Below, piece after piece: positions 40,720 to 50,884 of a stretch of 64,000 bases of DNA. The notes under the pieces are model-generated. The model was given only the letters and a program-made list of their open reading frames with translations. It did not search any database and was not told the origin of the DNA. The translations under genes were made by a program, and so were the position numbers. Source of the stretch: a bacterium (GTDB taxonomy: Bacteria > SM23-31); contig OZ252239.1 in assembly GCA_965249485.1 (NCBI GenBank), positions 2,624,001 to 2,688,000 on the forward strand, given 5' to 3'. Numbering within the stretch: position 1 is the first letter of the stretch; the number at the start of each line of letters is the position of its first letter.

Positions 40720-41110
40720 CTATTCCTCCTCTAATCTCTTAATTATTTCAAATATATGGAATATTTAATAGTTCTAAAATCATTTTTCACTCTTAGAATA
40801 CAAAATAGTATTAATATATAACCGTATCCATGAAAAAATATTATTTTTTATAATTATCAAAATAATCTTGTCGTAAGTAATCATTTTCTTCATTACCGGT
40901 AATCATAAATAATAATTATCATTTTGCTGCTATACCATTTTCTGCGTTTCATGTATTGATAAGAATAAATTCATCCGGTATGTGAAACAAATTGCGAGAT
41001 TCATTGCTCTTTAATTTCATTCCAGTGATCCGTGGAAAAATTAGATTCATACACAATATGTGGTTAAACAATCAACGATGTCGATCGTTTCTAAAATACA
41101 TGCGAACTGC

Positions 41111-41260
41111 TTATTTTTCGAATAATTTCTTAATTTCTTCTAAACTGAGCCAATTTTTACAGTTAACACAAAGCAGAGCAGTTGCATTTTTCTGCAGTTT
41201 TAATTCTTTCCCACAATCTTTACAAGTAACCATTATATAATCTTGTTCTTGTTGGCTCAT
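41111..41260 (-). CDS. 49-aa Zn-ribbon microprotein (not in the ORF track)
   Basis: MSQQEQDYIMVTCKDCGKELKLQKNATALLCVNCKNWLSLEEIKKLFEK. ATGA overlap with the tgt stop. GAGG RBS. Confidence 0.7.
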   Translation of the reverse strand: MSQQEQDYIMVTCKDCGKELKLQKNATALLCVNCKNWLSLEEIKKLFEK

Positions 41261-42408
41261 AATTCTTCCTCATTCAATTCGTCTGCATAAGTATTGTAGG
41301 TAGCTAAAAAATTCCGTTTCCAATCAGTAAATTTATTTTCACTTATAGCTTTCCGTGCTTCTATGGTTATGCGTTGATAAAAGGTTATATTGTGGAGCGA
41401 TGCAAGTCTCGGACCAAGCAATTCTCCTGCATTGAAAAGATGACGTAAATATGATCGTTCAAATGTTGCACACGTATAGCAGTCACATGTTTCATCTAGA
41501 GGGCTAAAATCTTCTTTATAACGTGCGTTTTTTATAACAAGTCGTCCGGTACTTGTAAATGCCCAGCCATTTCTTCCAACACGCGTAGGAAGGACACAAT
41601 CAAACATATCGATTCCCATTCCAATACATTCAACTATGTCTTCTGGTTTTCCGACGCCCATTAAATATTTGGGTTTATTATCAGGAAGTAAATCTGCAGT
41701 AAAATCAGCAACTTCGTATAATAATTCCTTCGGCTCTCCCACCGACAGTCCCCCAATGGAGTACCCCGGAAAATCTAATGCAGCAATTTCTTCGACTGAC
41801 AGTTTTCTGAGATCTTTAAATGTTCCGCCCTGAACAATACCAAATAAAGATTGTGTGTGCTCGTGATAGTCATCTACTTCTGCCATTGCTTTCTTACTTT
41901 CAGTCGCCCATTTTATAGTGATTCTATTTGAAGTCTGAACATCAAATTTTTTAGCCGGATATCCTATAGGATAATCAAGAGGCATTACTATATCCGCTCC
42001 TATTTTTTTTTGAATATCAATGATCGTTTCAGGTGTGAAATAGTGAGATGATCCGTCTAAATGAGATTGAAACCGGACACCGTCTTCGGTTAAAGTATTC
42101 AGGTTGGACAGGCTGAATACCTGAAATCCCCCACTGTCTGTCAATATGGCTCCCGGCCAACTTATAAATTTATGCGATCCTCCGGCTTTTTTTACAACAT
42201 CGGGGCCCGGCCTTAAATTAAGATGATATGTGTTATTGAGAATAATTTGTGAACCGGTTTGCTGTAATTCATTTGGTGAGAGTGTTTTGACACTACCCTG
42301 AGTGCCAACAGGCATAAAAACAGGGGTATCCACTATGCCATGGTCAGTACTAAGTTTGCCAATACGTGCTTTGGAGTCTGTGCTTTGGTGCAGTACTTTA
42401 AATTCCAA
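41257..42408 (-). CDS. tgt: tRNA-guanine transglycosylase
   Basis: FMPVGT, LTDSGGFQ, GIVQGG, DMFDCV and CDCYTC motifs. Confidence 0.97.
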   Translation of the reverse strand: MEFKVLHQSTDSKARIGKLSTDHGIVDTPVFMPVGTQGSVKTLSPNELQQTGSQIILNNTYHLNLRPGPDVVKKAGGSHKFISWPGAILTDSGGFQVFSLSNLNTLTEDGVRFQSHLDGSSHYFTPETIIDIQKKIGADIVMPLDYPIGYPAKKFDVQTSNRITIKWATESKKAMAEVDDYHEHTQSLFGIVQGGTFKDLRKLSVEEIAALDFPGYSIGGLSVGEPKELLYEVADFTADLLPDNKPKYLMGVGKPEDIVECIGMGIDMFDCVLPTRVGRNGWAFTSTGRLVIKNARYKEDFSPLDETCDCYTCATFERSYLRHLFNAGELLGPRLASLHNITFYQRITIEARKAISENKFTDWKRNFLATYNTYADELNEEEL

Positions 42409-42553
42409 TTTCTGCTCTGTATTACAGTAAAAGGACCGAAAGAGATTTTACTCAAATCAAAGAATGAGTTCAGTATAAAGATCATTTAGCACAATTTCAA
42501 TTAATAAATAACTGTGTCATTTTCAATTCATATTCCTTTCTGCTTTTCAATAT

Positions 42554-42580
42554 AAAAAAGACGGTCATTGACCGCCTTTA
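42554..42580 (-). terminator. Intrinsic terminator
   Basis: Plus strand AAAAAAGACGGTCA-T-TGACCGCCTTT. Confidence 0.55.
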
Positions 42581-42602
42581 AACAGTTTATTTCACATATG
42601 GT

Positions 42603-45600
42603 TTACCAGTCGCCTGCTAAAGAAATGTAGTACTTAGGTTTTGATGTATTTTCAAGATCATAGCTCCAAGCTACAGCTATCCGGGCATATAACCCGAGCA
42701 AACCAACATTAATTCCCGATCCAAAACCCGATCTTAGATCCTTAAACACTGTCTCTGACAGGTTAGTATTGGGATTAATTCTTTTTTCAGTACCTTTAAA
42801 GCTGCCATCAACCCATGCAGATCCGATGTCTGCAAACAGAAGACCGGAAACATTCTGCATTAATATGGGCAGCGGCCAACCCATCAACAAAGCCTGAATA
42901 AAAGGAAATCGTAATTCGGTATTTATAATAGCATATCTATTTCCAATCAACTCATAATAATCCGTTCCGTGTAAGGGGCCGATCCAATACGAAAAGAAAA
43001 TATCCTGTAAATCTGTCTGGATTCCGCCTTTAAATTTTCTATTTAACCAATTTGGAACGCCGCCTACAAAAAAGGCTTCAGGCGTATCCCCTTCACTCAA
43101 ACCCCCTGACATCCGGAAGGCAAATGAAACATCACGGCTTAACCGGAAATATCTTCTCATATCTCCCATAAGTGTCAAAAACTCAATTTGTTTATCGCCG
43201 CCGCCAATAGGAGGGTTATACGAGACCGATAAGTTTGTTCTCATTCCGTCAATAGGTCCAAACAAATACGGTTGAGACGTATCTCGCACAATATTGAGCG
43301 TTGTCCGGTAAGCCGTTACACTTTGGTTGAATTGATCAGATCCAATGCCGAGAAATTCTTGATTGACCTTTTGAAGGGCAAATGTCAAATCTACCCTTGA
43401 AAATTTACTGAATGGTCTTGAGGTATAAAAGTTAAATCCATAGTTACGCAGCCTGATTGGCACAATAGTGGATGAAGTAAATTGCGTAAAAAAGTATGCC
43501 TGATTGTAGATGCCTATACCATAGTTAGTTTTTCTAGCGAGGTATTGGTATTGCAACTGATAATTGCTGTTCCTCAAATCGAAATAGAGATCTGTAGCCA
43601 ATTGAATTACATGATTTCCGAGCATATCGGAGAACCGAAATATACTCGAACCCTGAACTCCAAAGAACGTATCATAGCCATAATTGCCATAGACAATATC
43701 AGGAGAAAAGGTAATTTTGTAATCGTCAATTTTATAATCTCCGTCTGCCTTGATATAATTTGCAATATCGTCACCAATCACATCCACCGTCGCTCCATCT
43801 TCATCAAGAATATTTCGAACATCTTCATCAAATACATATTGACTAAAATCCTGAGTTAAGACTCCTTCTGAATCTTGCTCCTCATTTGCAAGTAAATTTC
43901 CTTGAGAATCTTTATTTTCTTCTGCAAGCTGTGTGAAGAAGACTGTTTTTTCCATTTTGTCGGCTAAAGATTCCTTTTCGAGCGGATTTTTCATCATGAA
44001 TATATCCCAGCCGCTATTATTATATGCAGAAAAAACTAATTTTCTACCATCATCAGAGAGCGAGAGTTGATAAACACCTGTCAAGGTATTAGTAATGGGA
44101 TATGATTCTCGAGTTTCAAGATCAAAAACATAGACATTTGAAATTCCGGTAGCTTCAGAGATGTACAAAAACTTTTTGCCATCGGGACCCCACGCAGGTG
44201 AACCCTCATTGTATGGATCAAAGGTGATTCGCTCAATATTTGATCCGTCTGAATTCATCAAGTAAATATCTGTCGATTTGAAATCGTGATTAAACATAGA
44301 GTTTTTTGAAAATTGGTTGCCCGCTTGTTTATTTCTGCTGCCAGCACCATTGAATTGCATAGCAGGACTATCAATGTTGCCGAGAAAATTATTTGCGTCA
44401 TTGCCATTACTTAAACTGTAAGAATTGTTATTATTATTATTAATATATTCATCAACATTATTCTTACGGTCGGATACAAACAATATTTTTGAACCGTCCG
44501 GAGACCAGTCAGGAGAGTTGTCGGTAAAATAATCGTTTGTTATTTTTCTGACATCACCAGAATGAACATTATACGCATAAATATCAGCTGCTCCGTGTAG
44601 CGTTCCTTGAAAGGCAATTTCACTGCCGTCAGGAGACCATGCTGCATCAAAAACACCATCAAGACCAAATTTATGTTGATCAAAATCCTTTTTTTTAACG
44701 TTTATTATAGTCAATGCATCCTGATCACCCGCTTTAACAGAAAGAGCAAGATTTTTCCCGTCGGGTGACCAGCTGATGCCGGGTGACAGCCAGTGGAGTT
44801 CTTCCAGGGCGGCTGATTTCTGGCCGCCGATAAGTTTCGAGATAACTTTACCGTCGATAGAAGACATAAGATAGATATCTGCAAAACCATTGACATTGGT
44901 CATGTAAGCGATTTCGTTGCCATTCGGAGATAGTGCAGGACCGAGATTCATTGAGTTTCTCAGTTTCACATGATCTGTCATGCGTGTTGCCATCTCTTCC
45001 GGATTCAATCTGTCACTAATATCCGGCCAATATTTCCTCTTCATGGCAATATCCCATTGATCTACAAGCTTTTCAAAATCCATCCCAAGAGATGATTTAA
45101 AACCCCTGTCAAGGCTTTTTGTAATATTAACTCTCCGCACAATATCAATCACTTTCTGACGGCCGTATTTGTCCTCAACATATCTAAATATTGACTGCCC
45201 CTGCGGATAAGGACTCATCCTATTTGTCTGGAGATAATCGTGAATCGTACCGTCTCTTACGATCATATCTGAACGAGTATCCCATCCAACTGAAAGATAT
45301 TCTGCCAAACCTTCTGAAAACCATAATGGAAGTCGAAGCTGAATACCGCTTGAAATTAAATTCTGGACAGATCCTCCATAAATCATATCGTTTACAAATG
45401 CGTGTACAAGCTCATGATGTAAAACATGGCGGTACTGTGAGTATGATCCTTCATATGGTAGAAATACACGGTTTTTAAATAACTCGGTTACACCGCCTAT
45501 GCCTTCATATAAATACTGGTCTATCACATTTGTTTGTTGAAATTCATTGTGTGAATTGTATAGAAGAACAGGTATTTTCTTTTTAATCGTGTAATCAAAT

Positions 45601-45827
45601 TCATCCTGAAAATTAGTAAGTTCTTTTTCTAATACATCAGCAGCAAATTCAGCAATATATTTTCCACCATCATAAAAGAATATATGGAAATGTGGTGTAT
45701 CGAAGCGTTTCCACTTCAAATCTTTATATTGCACTTTATTTTGCCCGAAAAATTGCGCATTGACGGTTGTTGGTATTAAAAATAACAATACTATATATAA
45801 GGTAACGCTGCGCAAAGTTCTAATCAT
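42603..45827 (-). CDS. Exported multidomain protein: zincin peptidase (MA) + PD40/TolB-like propeller + Omp85/BamA-type barrel
   Basis: FGQNKVQY, HELVH...WFSEGLAE, repeated WSPDG, TELRFPF, C-terminal aromatic residue. Confidence 0.8.
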   Translation of the reverse strand: MIRTLRSVTLYIVLLFLIPTTVNAQFFGQNKVQYKDLKWKRFDTPHFHIFFYDGGKYIAEFAADVLEKELTNFQDEFDYTIKKKIPVLLYNSHNEFQQTNVIDQYLYEGIGGVTELFKNRVFLPYEGSYSQYRHVLHHELVHAFVNDMIYGGSVQNLISSGIQLRLPLWFSEGLAEYLSVGWDTRSDMIVRDGTIHDYLQTNRMSPYPQGQSIFRYVEDKYGRQKVIDIVRRVNITKSLDRGFKSSLGMDFEKLVDQWDIAMKRKYWPDISDRLNPEEMATRMTDHVKLRNSMNLGPALSPNGNEIAYMTNVNGFADIYLMSSIDGKVISKLIGGQKSAALEELHWLSPGISWSPDGKNLALSVKAGDQDALTIINVKKKDFDQHKFGLDGVFDAAWSPDGSEIAFQGTLHGAADIYAYNVHSGDVRKITNDYFTDNSPDWSPDGSKILFVSDRKNNVDEYINNNNNNSYSLSNGNDANNFLGNIDSPAMQFNGAGSRNKQAGNQFSKNSMFNHDFKSTDIYLMNSDGSNIERITFDPYNEGSPAWGPDGKKFLYISEATGISNVYVFDLETRESYPITNTLTGVYQLSLSDDGRKLVFSAYNNSGWDIFMMKNPLEKESLADKMEKTVFFTQLAEENKDSQGNLLANEEQDSEGVLTQDFSQYVFDEDVRNILDEDGATVDVIGDDIANYIKADGDYKIDDYKITFSPDIVYGNYGYDTFFGVQGSSIFRFSDMLGNHVIQLATDLYFDLRNSNYQLQYQYLARKTNYGIGIYNQAYFFTQFTSSTIVPIRLRNYGFNFYTSRPFSKFSRVDLTFALQKVNQEFLGIGSDQFNQSVTAYRTTLNIVRDTSQPYLFGPIDGMRTNLSVSYNPPIGGGDKQIEFLTLMGDMRRYFRLSRDVSFAFRMSGGLSEGDTPEAFFVGGVPNWLNRKFKGGIQTDLQDIFFSYWIGPLHGTDYYELIGNRYAIINTELRFPFIQALLMGWPLPILMQNVSGLLFADIGSAWVDGSFKGTEKRINPNTNLSETVFKDLRSGFGSGINVGLLGLYARIAVAWSYDLENTSKPKYYISLAGDW

Positions 45828-45985
45828 AATTATTCTCCTAAATGTTACATACTATGAAAACCGAATTCTGGAAACAAAAGTTCCACCTTGAAACCGGCAA
45901 TCTGTCAATTGTTTCGGATCTTTCTATAATTATCGACAATCATCTCATTTAATCGCTAAAAAGTTGCAAATTATCAACATTTTTT

Positions 45986-46013
45986 TAAAGAATTTCTATC
46001 TTCATGACGATAA
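45986..46013 (+). promoter_or_regulatory. sigma28-type promoter of the flaG-like gene
   Basis: TAAA-N16-GACGATAA. Confidence 0.6.
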
Positions 46014-46065
46014 AAATAGTGAAGCCTGACTAATCATAGTCATAACTACAGGGAGGTAGATAAGG

Positions 46066-46245
46066 ATGTCTACTGATTCAATCAGGCAATTAAGCAACTC
46101 TTTTCCGAACTTGACAAATACGCGTGTGCGGTTTGTTGTTCAGGGTAAATTAAAAACAGAAGTGATAAACTCGGATAGCAATGAGGTGATCCGAGAAATA
46201 CCGAGAAGACTTTCTGCAAACGTTTATTTGAGCATTTACGCATAA
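46066..46245 (+). CDS. flaG: Short FlaG-like flagellar protein (59 aa, not in the ORF track)
   Basis: MSTDSIRQLSNSFPNLTNTRVRFVVQGKLKTEVINSDSNEVIREIPRRLSANVYLSIYA. EVIREIP is the FlaG hallmark. GGGAGG RBS. Confidence 0.7.
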   Translation: MSTDSIRQLSNSFPNLTNTRVRFVVQGKLKTEVINSDSNEVIREIPRRLSANVYLSIYA

Positions 46246-46321
46246 TTTTATACGCGGATTTGATTGAGTTCTTATAGTAATACAATTTTGAAGTAAAATT
46301 ATTCCAGAAGTACTATGATGT

Positions 46322-46354
46322 AAATCCTGTTTGTTCATAAACAGGATTTTTTTT
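46322..46354 (+). terminator. Intrinsic terminator after the flaG-like gene
   Basis: AAATCCTGTTT-GTTCAT-AAACAGGATTT followed by a T-run. Confidence 0.75.
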
Positions 46355-46456
46355 ATCCCCTCTCCTCCTCGTTCAACAATAAATTCCGATGACAACATTT
46401 CTAATTGATTTATGATTATTCTCAAAAACAATATTCTATATTTACGCGTTCAGTGT

Positions 46457-47920
46457 TTAACCCAAAAACGTCCGAATCTTACGTTTCAATGCAATTTTTT
46501 CATCAGCATTAAAAAATCGCGTACCATAGAGTATAAATGGGTAAGCTGTTATAACTATGATTCTGATAAAGATATGCGTGTTTTGCAGAAATGTGTCAAA
46601 GAGAAAAAAGAATACTGCACTAATTAATGCGCAATGTATAATTCGTTTATATTCATATTGGATTGAATAGATCTTTTGCGTAACCACGAGCAGGAGAAAA
46701 GCCATACCTGCATAAGAAACAACTTTTGCTATAGCAGCTCCCATCATTCCGTAAATAGGAACCCAATAAAAGTTTAATGTCATATTAAGTAAAGCTGAGA
46801 ATCCGGTTATACCTGCGAGAAACACCGACTTTTTTTTGATGTATATACCGACCACAAAATTTGTGTAAATACCGTAAAATATATAGGCAAGCATAACAAC
46901 TGGAACAATAGCAATTCCATCCCAATATTCCTGTTTAATTAAATATCCGCCGATAATGGGTATTTTAATGGAGATAATATCATATATAAAATATACTATG
47001 ATCAAATAAATCCAACCTGATGTGGCAACAAAATATGTTAATACACGAGCATAAATATTCCGAGCATTTTCATTATTCGAAATTGATAAGAAAAACGGAT
47101 GCCATGCGAATCTAAATGCCGCTACTGCAATCGACATTGCCATTGCTAATTTGTGACCAGCACCATAAACACCGGCTACAGATTCTCCAAAAATTCTTTC
47201 GATAAAAAATCTATCTATTAACTCCATACTGATGATAGAAATACCCGGAATGATATAGGGTAAACCAAAGCTCATGATTTCTCTATAAACTGTGGAAGAC
47301 AAGTCAAAGGTCAATCTTTTTATTATAATCGGAGAAACCAATAAAAAAGTGGCCGCTGACGAAATTAAGTTCGCTATAAATATTCCCTCTACGCCTCTTT
47401 GCATTACAAAATATATATTGAGTCCAATTGTCATACTAATGTTGATAAGTTTAAATAGCATGAAGGTTATAGACCGCTCTTCTGCTCTCATGGTAAGAAA
47501 TGGCAGGACGGCAAGTGCATCAAAGAAAAGTATTCCGGCAGTATATTTGATAATGTGCGAATATTCCGGCGATTCCAAACAAAGTACAGAAAAATAATCG
47601 GAAAATAGTATTATTCCTATACTCAGAAGAGTTGATATGCCTAATACTGAGAAAAAGGCTGTGCTGAAAACGTTTTGATGTGTAAATCCTTTTTCTTTTA
47701 GAACGTAAAAACGGAGGAAAGCAGTATCGATTCCGTGCATGTACAGGACATTAACAAATCCAATAAATGCAAAAATAATAATTGCAATACCATATTCTGC
47801 AGTTGTGGATAACATTCTTGTATGTATCGGAAGAAGTATAAACGAAAGTGAACGCGCAAGAATGTTTGTGATTCCGTATACGGAGATATGAGTAGTGAGC
47901 CGCTTGATTTCGGCGAACAT
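46457..47920 (-). CDS. Polysaccharide / oligosaccharide flippase (Wzx/MOP family)
   Basis: Many TM helices. FILLPIHTR..EYG, DRFFI, GVYGAG and YGMMGAAIA motifs. Confidence 0.88.
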   Translation of the reverse strand: MFAEIKRLTTHISVYGITNILARSLSFILLPIHTRMLSTTAEYGIAIIIFAFIGFVNVLYMHGIDTAFLRFYVLKEKGFTHQNVFSTAFFSVLGISTLLSIGIILFSDYFSVLCLESPEYSHIIKYTAGILFFDALAVLPFLTMRAEERSITFMLFKLINISMTIGLNIYFVMQRGVEGIFIANLISSAATFLLVSPIIIKRLTFDLSSTVYREIMSFGLPYIIPGISIISMELIDRFFIERIFGESVAGVYGAGHKLAMAMSIAVAAFRFAWHPFFLSISNNENARNIYARVLTYFVATSGWIYLIIVYFIYDIISIKIPIIGGYLIKQEYWDGIAIVPVVMLAYIFYGIYTNFVVGIYIKKKSVFLAGITGFSALLNMTLNFYWVPIYGMMGAAIAKVVSYAGMAFLLLVVTQKIYSIQYEYKRIIHCALISAVFFFLFDTFLQNTHIFIRIIVITAYPFILYGTRFFNADEKIALKRKIRTFLG

Positions 47921-48059
47921 TGAGATATGATTGGGTATTTTGGTGTATGAAAAATAATTAAATGTGGGACTTAAAATATCTATAAGATGCTAAATAAGCA
48001 AGCGGAAAGTCTTTTAAAACAACAACATAATTTTGCCTATCTATACTATGAGGGAAATT

Positions 48060-48536
48060 TTAAAAATCAAAGGTTTTATTTTTATGCATTTCAGTCAATT
48101 CGTTATGATGCCGTTTTTCCTCTTCAATTAATGCTGCAACAGTTCTTTTGCTTTCTTCTGATTTGAGTTTTTTAAGAATATGTTTGTAAAGTTTCAAAGT
48201 GTTTTTCTCTGTTTTGATCCCAATTTTTATAGCCGATAACGGATGCATAGTTTTAATTTCCTCTTCTGATATGCTCGGCAAAATATCTTCTTGAGATATT
48301 TCATTGACAAAAGAGGTAACATCATCATCAAAAGTTGAATTGATTATCAATTCAGATTCTGAGGACTTTAACTTTTTGAATGCTTCTTCGTGACTTCTCT
48401 CATCTTCTGCAAAGTTCTTCAATATTTCTTTTGCTTTTTTATTTTGTGACAAATGAGCCAATCGGTCATAAAACTGCGCCCCATCCCGTTCCATTTTTAC
48501 TGCAAAATCTATAACATCTCTTAATTGTAAATTCAT
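48060..48536 (-). CDS. Ferritin-like / rubrerythrin-family diiron protein (no rubredoxin domain)
   Basis: AVKME...EDERSH and IKTE...EEEKRH diiron ligands. Confidence 0.85.
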   Translation of the reverse strand: MNLQLRDVIDFAVKMERDGAQFYDRLAHLSQNKKAKEILKNFAEDERSHEEAFKKLKSSESELIINSTFDDDVTSFVNEISQEDILPSISEEEIKTMHPLSAIKIGIKTEKNTLKLYKHILKKLKSEESKRTVAALIEEEKRHHNELTEMHKNKTFDF

Positions 48537-48581
48537 AATTAACCTCCAATTAGGTGGAGAACAATATACAATAAAACGGAA

Positions 48582-50714
48582 CTACAGCTCAATATTGAAA
48601 TATGTGAGTATGAAATTTATAACCCCCCCTACGAGAAATGCAAAAGGGAATATAAACGCTACTATGCTGACTGCCACTTTCATGCTGAGCTCTTTGATAA
48701 TAATAAAAACATTTGCAATGCAAGGAATAAAAAGCGTTATCGTCACCATTGCTATCAATATTTGATTTGCATTCAGGAGGCCGCTATTTGTAGCATCGAG
48801 CAAATAAACAGCACCATAATCACGCCGTAAAAATCCGATTAGGAATGCTTCAGTTGTTTCAACAGGTAGTCCCAGAAAGTTGACAATAAACGGTTCACAG
48901 AAACTTCTGATAACTTCCAGAGCATGTGTTTTATCAAGGACAAACAGCAGAACTGTGCCAAGTATAAACAAAGGAATTACTTCTTTAAAATACCACTCCA
49001 TACGCGCTATAGTTTTTATCAGAATATTAATAGATTGAGGTTTTCGAAGAGGTGGTAGTTCGAGAATAAACGCAGATGATTCCCCCGGTAGAACTTTTGA
49101 AGCAAGAAAACCGACAAGAATGAGAACGCTCACAACAATCCCCGCCCAAAGAACTGTCGCTCCAAATGATACGCTGCTCATCATCGCAAGAAGTACACCA
49201 AGCTGTGCTGAGCAGGGTACGCCAAGTGCGAGCAAAATTGTCACAATGATTCTCTCTTTTCTGGTTTCCATGATCCGGGTTGTCATGGTTGCCATCGTAT
49301 CGCATCCCAAACCCAACACCATGGGCAGAATCGCTTTTCCATTTAATCCGATAAATTTAAATACTTTATTGAGCATTACAGCAAGTCGTGGTAGATATCC
49401 CGAATCTTCGAGAATACTAAATAGAAGAAAAAAAGTGCCTACAATTGGAAGAACAATAGCAAATCCGTATGAAAGCGCCATCGTAATAACGCCATATTCT
49501 CCTACAAAAAAATCGTGAACGAAACGCATAATGCTTTCGAAAAAAGAGAAAACACCGATATCTCCTATTAAGTAAACAGGTGTGAAAACCTGACGGGTCA
49601 TTTCGATGCCTGTGGAAATTTGATTAGCGGAACTTATTGGTATGGTGAAATTCCAACTGAGAAATTCTATAGCATGAGTATGCTGAAACGGCAAAAGAAA
49701 ATCAAATATCTGGATTGCAGTAGGATTTATATATTGTCCGAATAGCCCAGTTTCAAAAAAATCAACAACGGTACCAGCGCCAAACAGTCCGACAAACCAG
49801 TACATGACATACAATACCGCAATAACAACACCAATTCCCCATATTGGATGCATGATCCAATTCCCGAAATCAGCAGACAACGGTTTTCGGACTTCCTTGT
49901 TAGTCCGATATACCTTTTCAAGAAGAGTATCCACATAATGTAGTCTTGTTTCCGTAATAACGGTCTGAAGAGGAGTTTTCGAGGATTCTTGTGTAGTGTT
50001 AATAATTGCATTAATTTTGTCTATTGTACCGTTGGGAAAAGTATCTGTAAGCCAATCCGTTAATGTTGTATCGCTTGACAGGAGCATGAGTGCTAAAGAC
50101 TGTTTTGATATCGGCAAATCAGGGAGCAACTCCTCTAAATAATTAATGCCTATCAAAATATAATCGGGATATTTAATGCCGTTCCGTGGGATACGTGAAT
50201 CAGAGATACATTTTTTTAACTTGGCTAGACCTTTTTGTTGTATAGCAGTTGTGGAGATGACAGGAATCCCTAAAATATTTTCGAGATTTTGATGGTCAAT
50301 CACTACCCCTCGCGATTGAGCTTCGTCTGCCATGTTAAGATCAAGAACACACTTAACCCCCATTTCTGCAAGTTGAATGGTTACATAAAGACTGCGCTTT
50401 AGATTTTTGGAGTCTCCAATTTGTAAAACTGTATCATAGTCACCTGAAAGTAACAGATCTCGAGTAACTCGTTCATCTTCGGATTGTGGAATGAGACTAT
50501 TTGTGCCGGGCGTATCGGTAACATTGAAAACTTCATCATTGAGCTTCATTTTACCATGACTCAACGATACAGTTGTACCAGGATAATTTGAAACCGTAAC
50601 ATATTTCCCAGTTAGGTATCCAAATACTACACTTTTCCCAACATTTGGATTGCCGACAAGGACAACTGAAGAGGTTTTTCTGGTCTCTAATATATCAGGA
50701 GATGTTTCAATCAT
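48582..50714 (-). CDS. feoB: Ferrous iron transporter FeoB
   Basis: GNPNVGKS, NYPGTT, DTPG, NMAD, EDSGYLPR, PCSAQ and FIPC motifs. Confidence 0.95.
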   Translation of the reverse strand: MIETSPDILETRKTSSVVLVGNPNVGKSVVFGYLTGKYVTVSNYPGTTVSLSHGKMKLNDEVFNVTDTPGTNSLIPQSEDERVTRDLLLSGDYDTVLQIGDSKNLKRSLYVTIQLAEMGVKCVLDLNMADEAQSRGVVIDHQNLENILGIPVISTTAIQQKGLAKLKKCISDSRIPRNGIKYPDYILIGINYLEELLPDLPISKQSLALMLLSSDTTLTDWLTDTFPNGTIDKINAIINTTQESSKTPLQTVITETRLHYVDTLLEKVYRTNKEVRKPLSADFGNWIMHPIWGIGVVIAVLYVMYWFVGLFGAGTVVDFFETGLFGQYINPTAIQIFDFLLPFQHTHAIEFLSWNFTIPISSANQISTGIEMTRQVFTPVYLIGDIGVFSFFESIMRFVHDFFVGEYGVITMALSYGFAIVLPIVGTFFLLFSILEDSGYLPRLAVMLNKVFKFIGLNGKAILPMVLGLGCDTMATMTTRIMETRKERIIVTILLALGVPCSAQLGVLLAMMSSVSFGATVLWAGIVVSVLILVGFLASKVLPGESSAFILELPPLRKPQSINILIKTIARMEWYFKEVIPLFILGTVLLFVLDKTHALEVIRSFCEPFIVNFLGLPVETTEAFLIGFLRRDYGAVYLLDATNSGLLNANQILIAMVTITLFIPCIANVFIIIKELSMKVAVSIVAFIFPFAFLVGGVINFILTYFNIEL

Positions 50715-50755
50715 GGAGAATATATGAAATGTGAAATTCGCATTCGTAGTTATGA

Positions 50756-50789
50756 AAACATTATATTATATATGTATAATATAATGTTT
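50756..50789. promoter_or_regulatory. 34-bp near-perfect palindrome upstream of feoB (candidate operator)
   Basis: AAACATTATATTATA-TATG-TATAATATAATGTTT. Confidence 0.55.
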
Positions 50790-50884
50790 ACCAATATAAG
50801 CAATAACTTTTAAAAACTCAAAGTAATATTTTAATTTATGGGAGAAAAAGTTTATAAGGCAGGTCGGGTACTGAAAGATGAAGG

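Noticed and set aside
40992..41240. 82-aa plus-strand ORF
   Set aside because: Antisense to the tgt-coupled Zn-ribbon ORF. TTG start and no RBS.
44380..44460. AAT repeats as a tandem repeat or CRISPR
   Set aside because: They are an Asn-rich low-complexity coding loop. No repeat-spacer array was seen anywhere in the window.
46150..46431. 93-aa minus-strand ORF, and the 67-aa ORF at 46082..46285
   Set aside because: Both overlap the better-supported flaG-like unit, and the longer one runs through its terminator. No motifs.
48060..50714. Ferrosome (fez) cluster
   Set aside because: No P1B-6 ATPase (FezB) is present. The transporter is FeoB.
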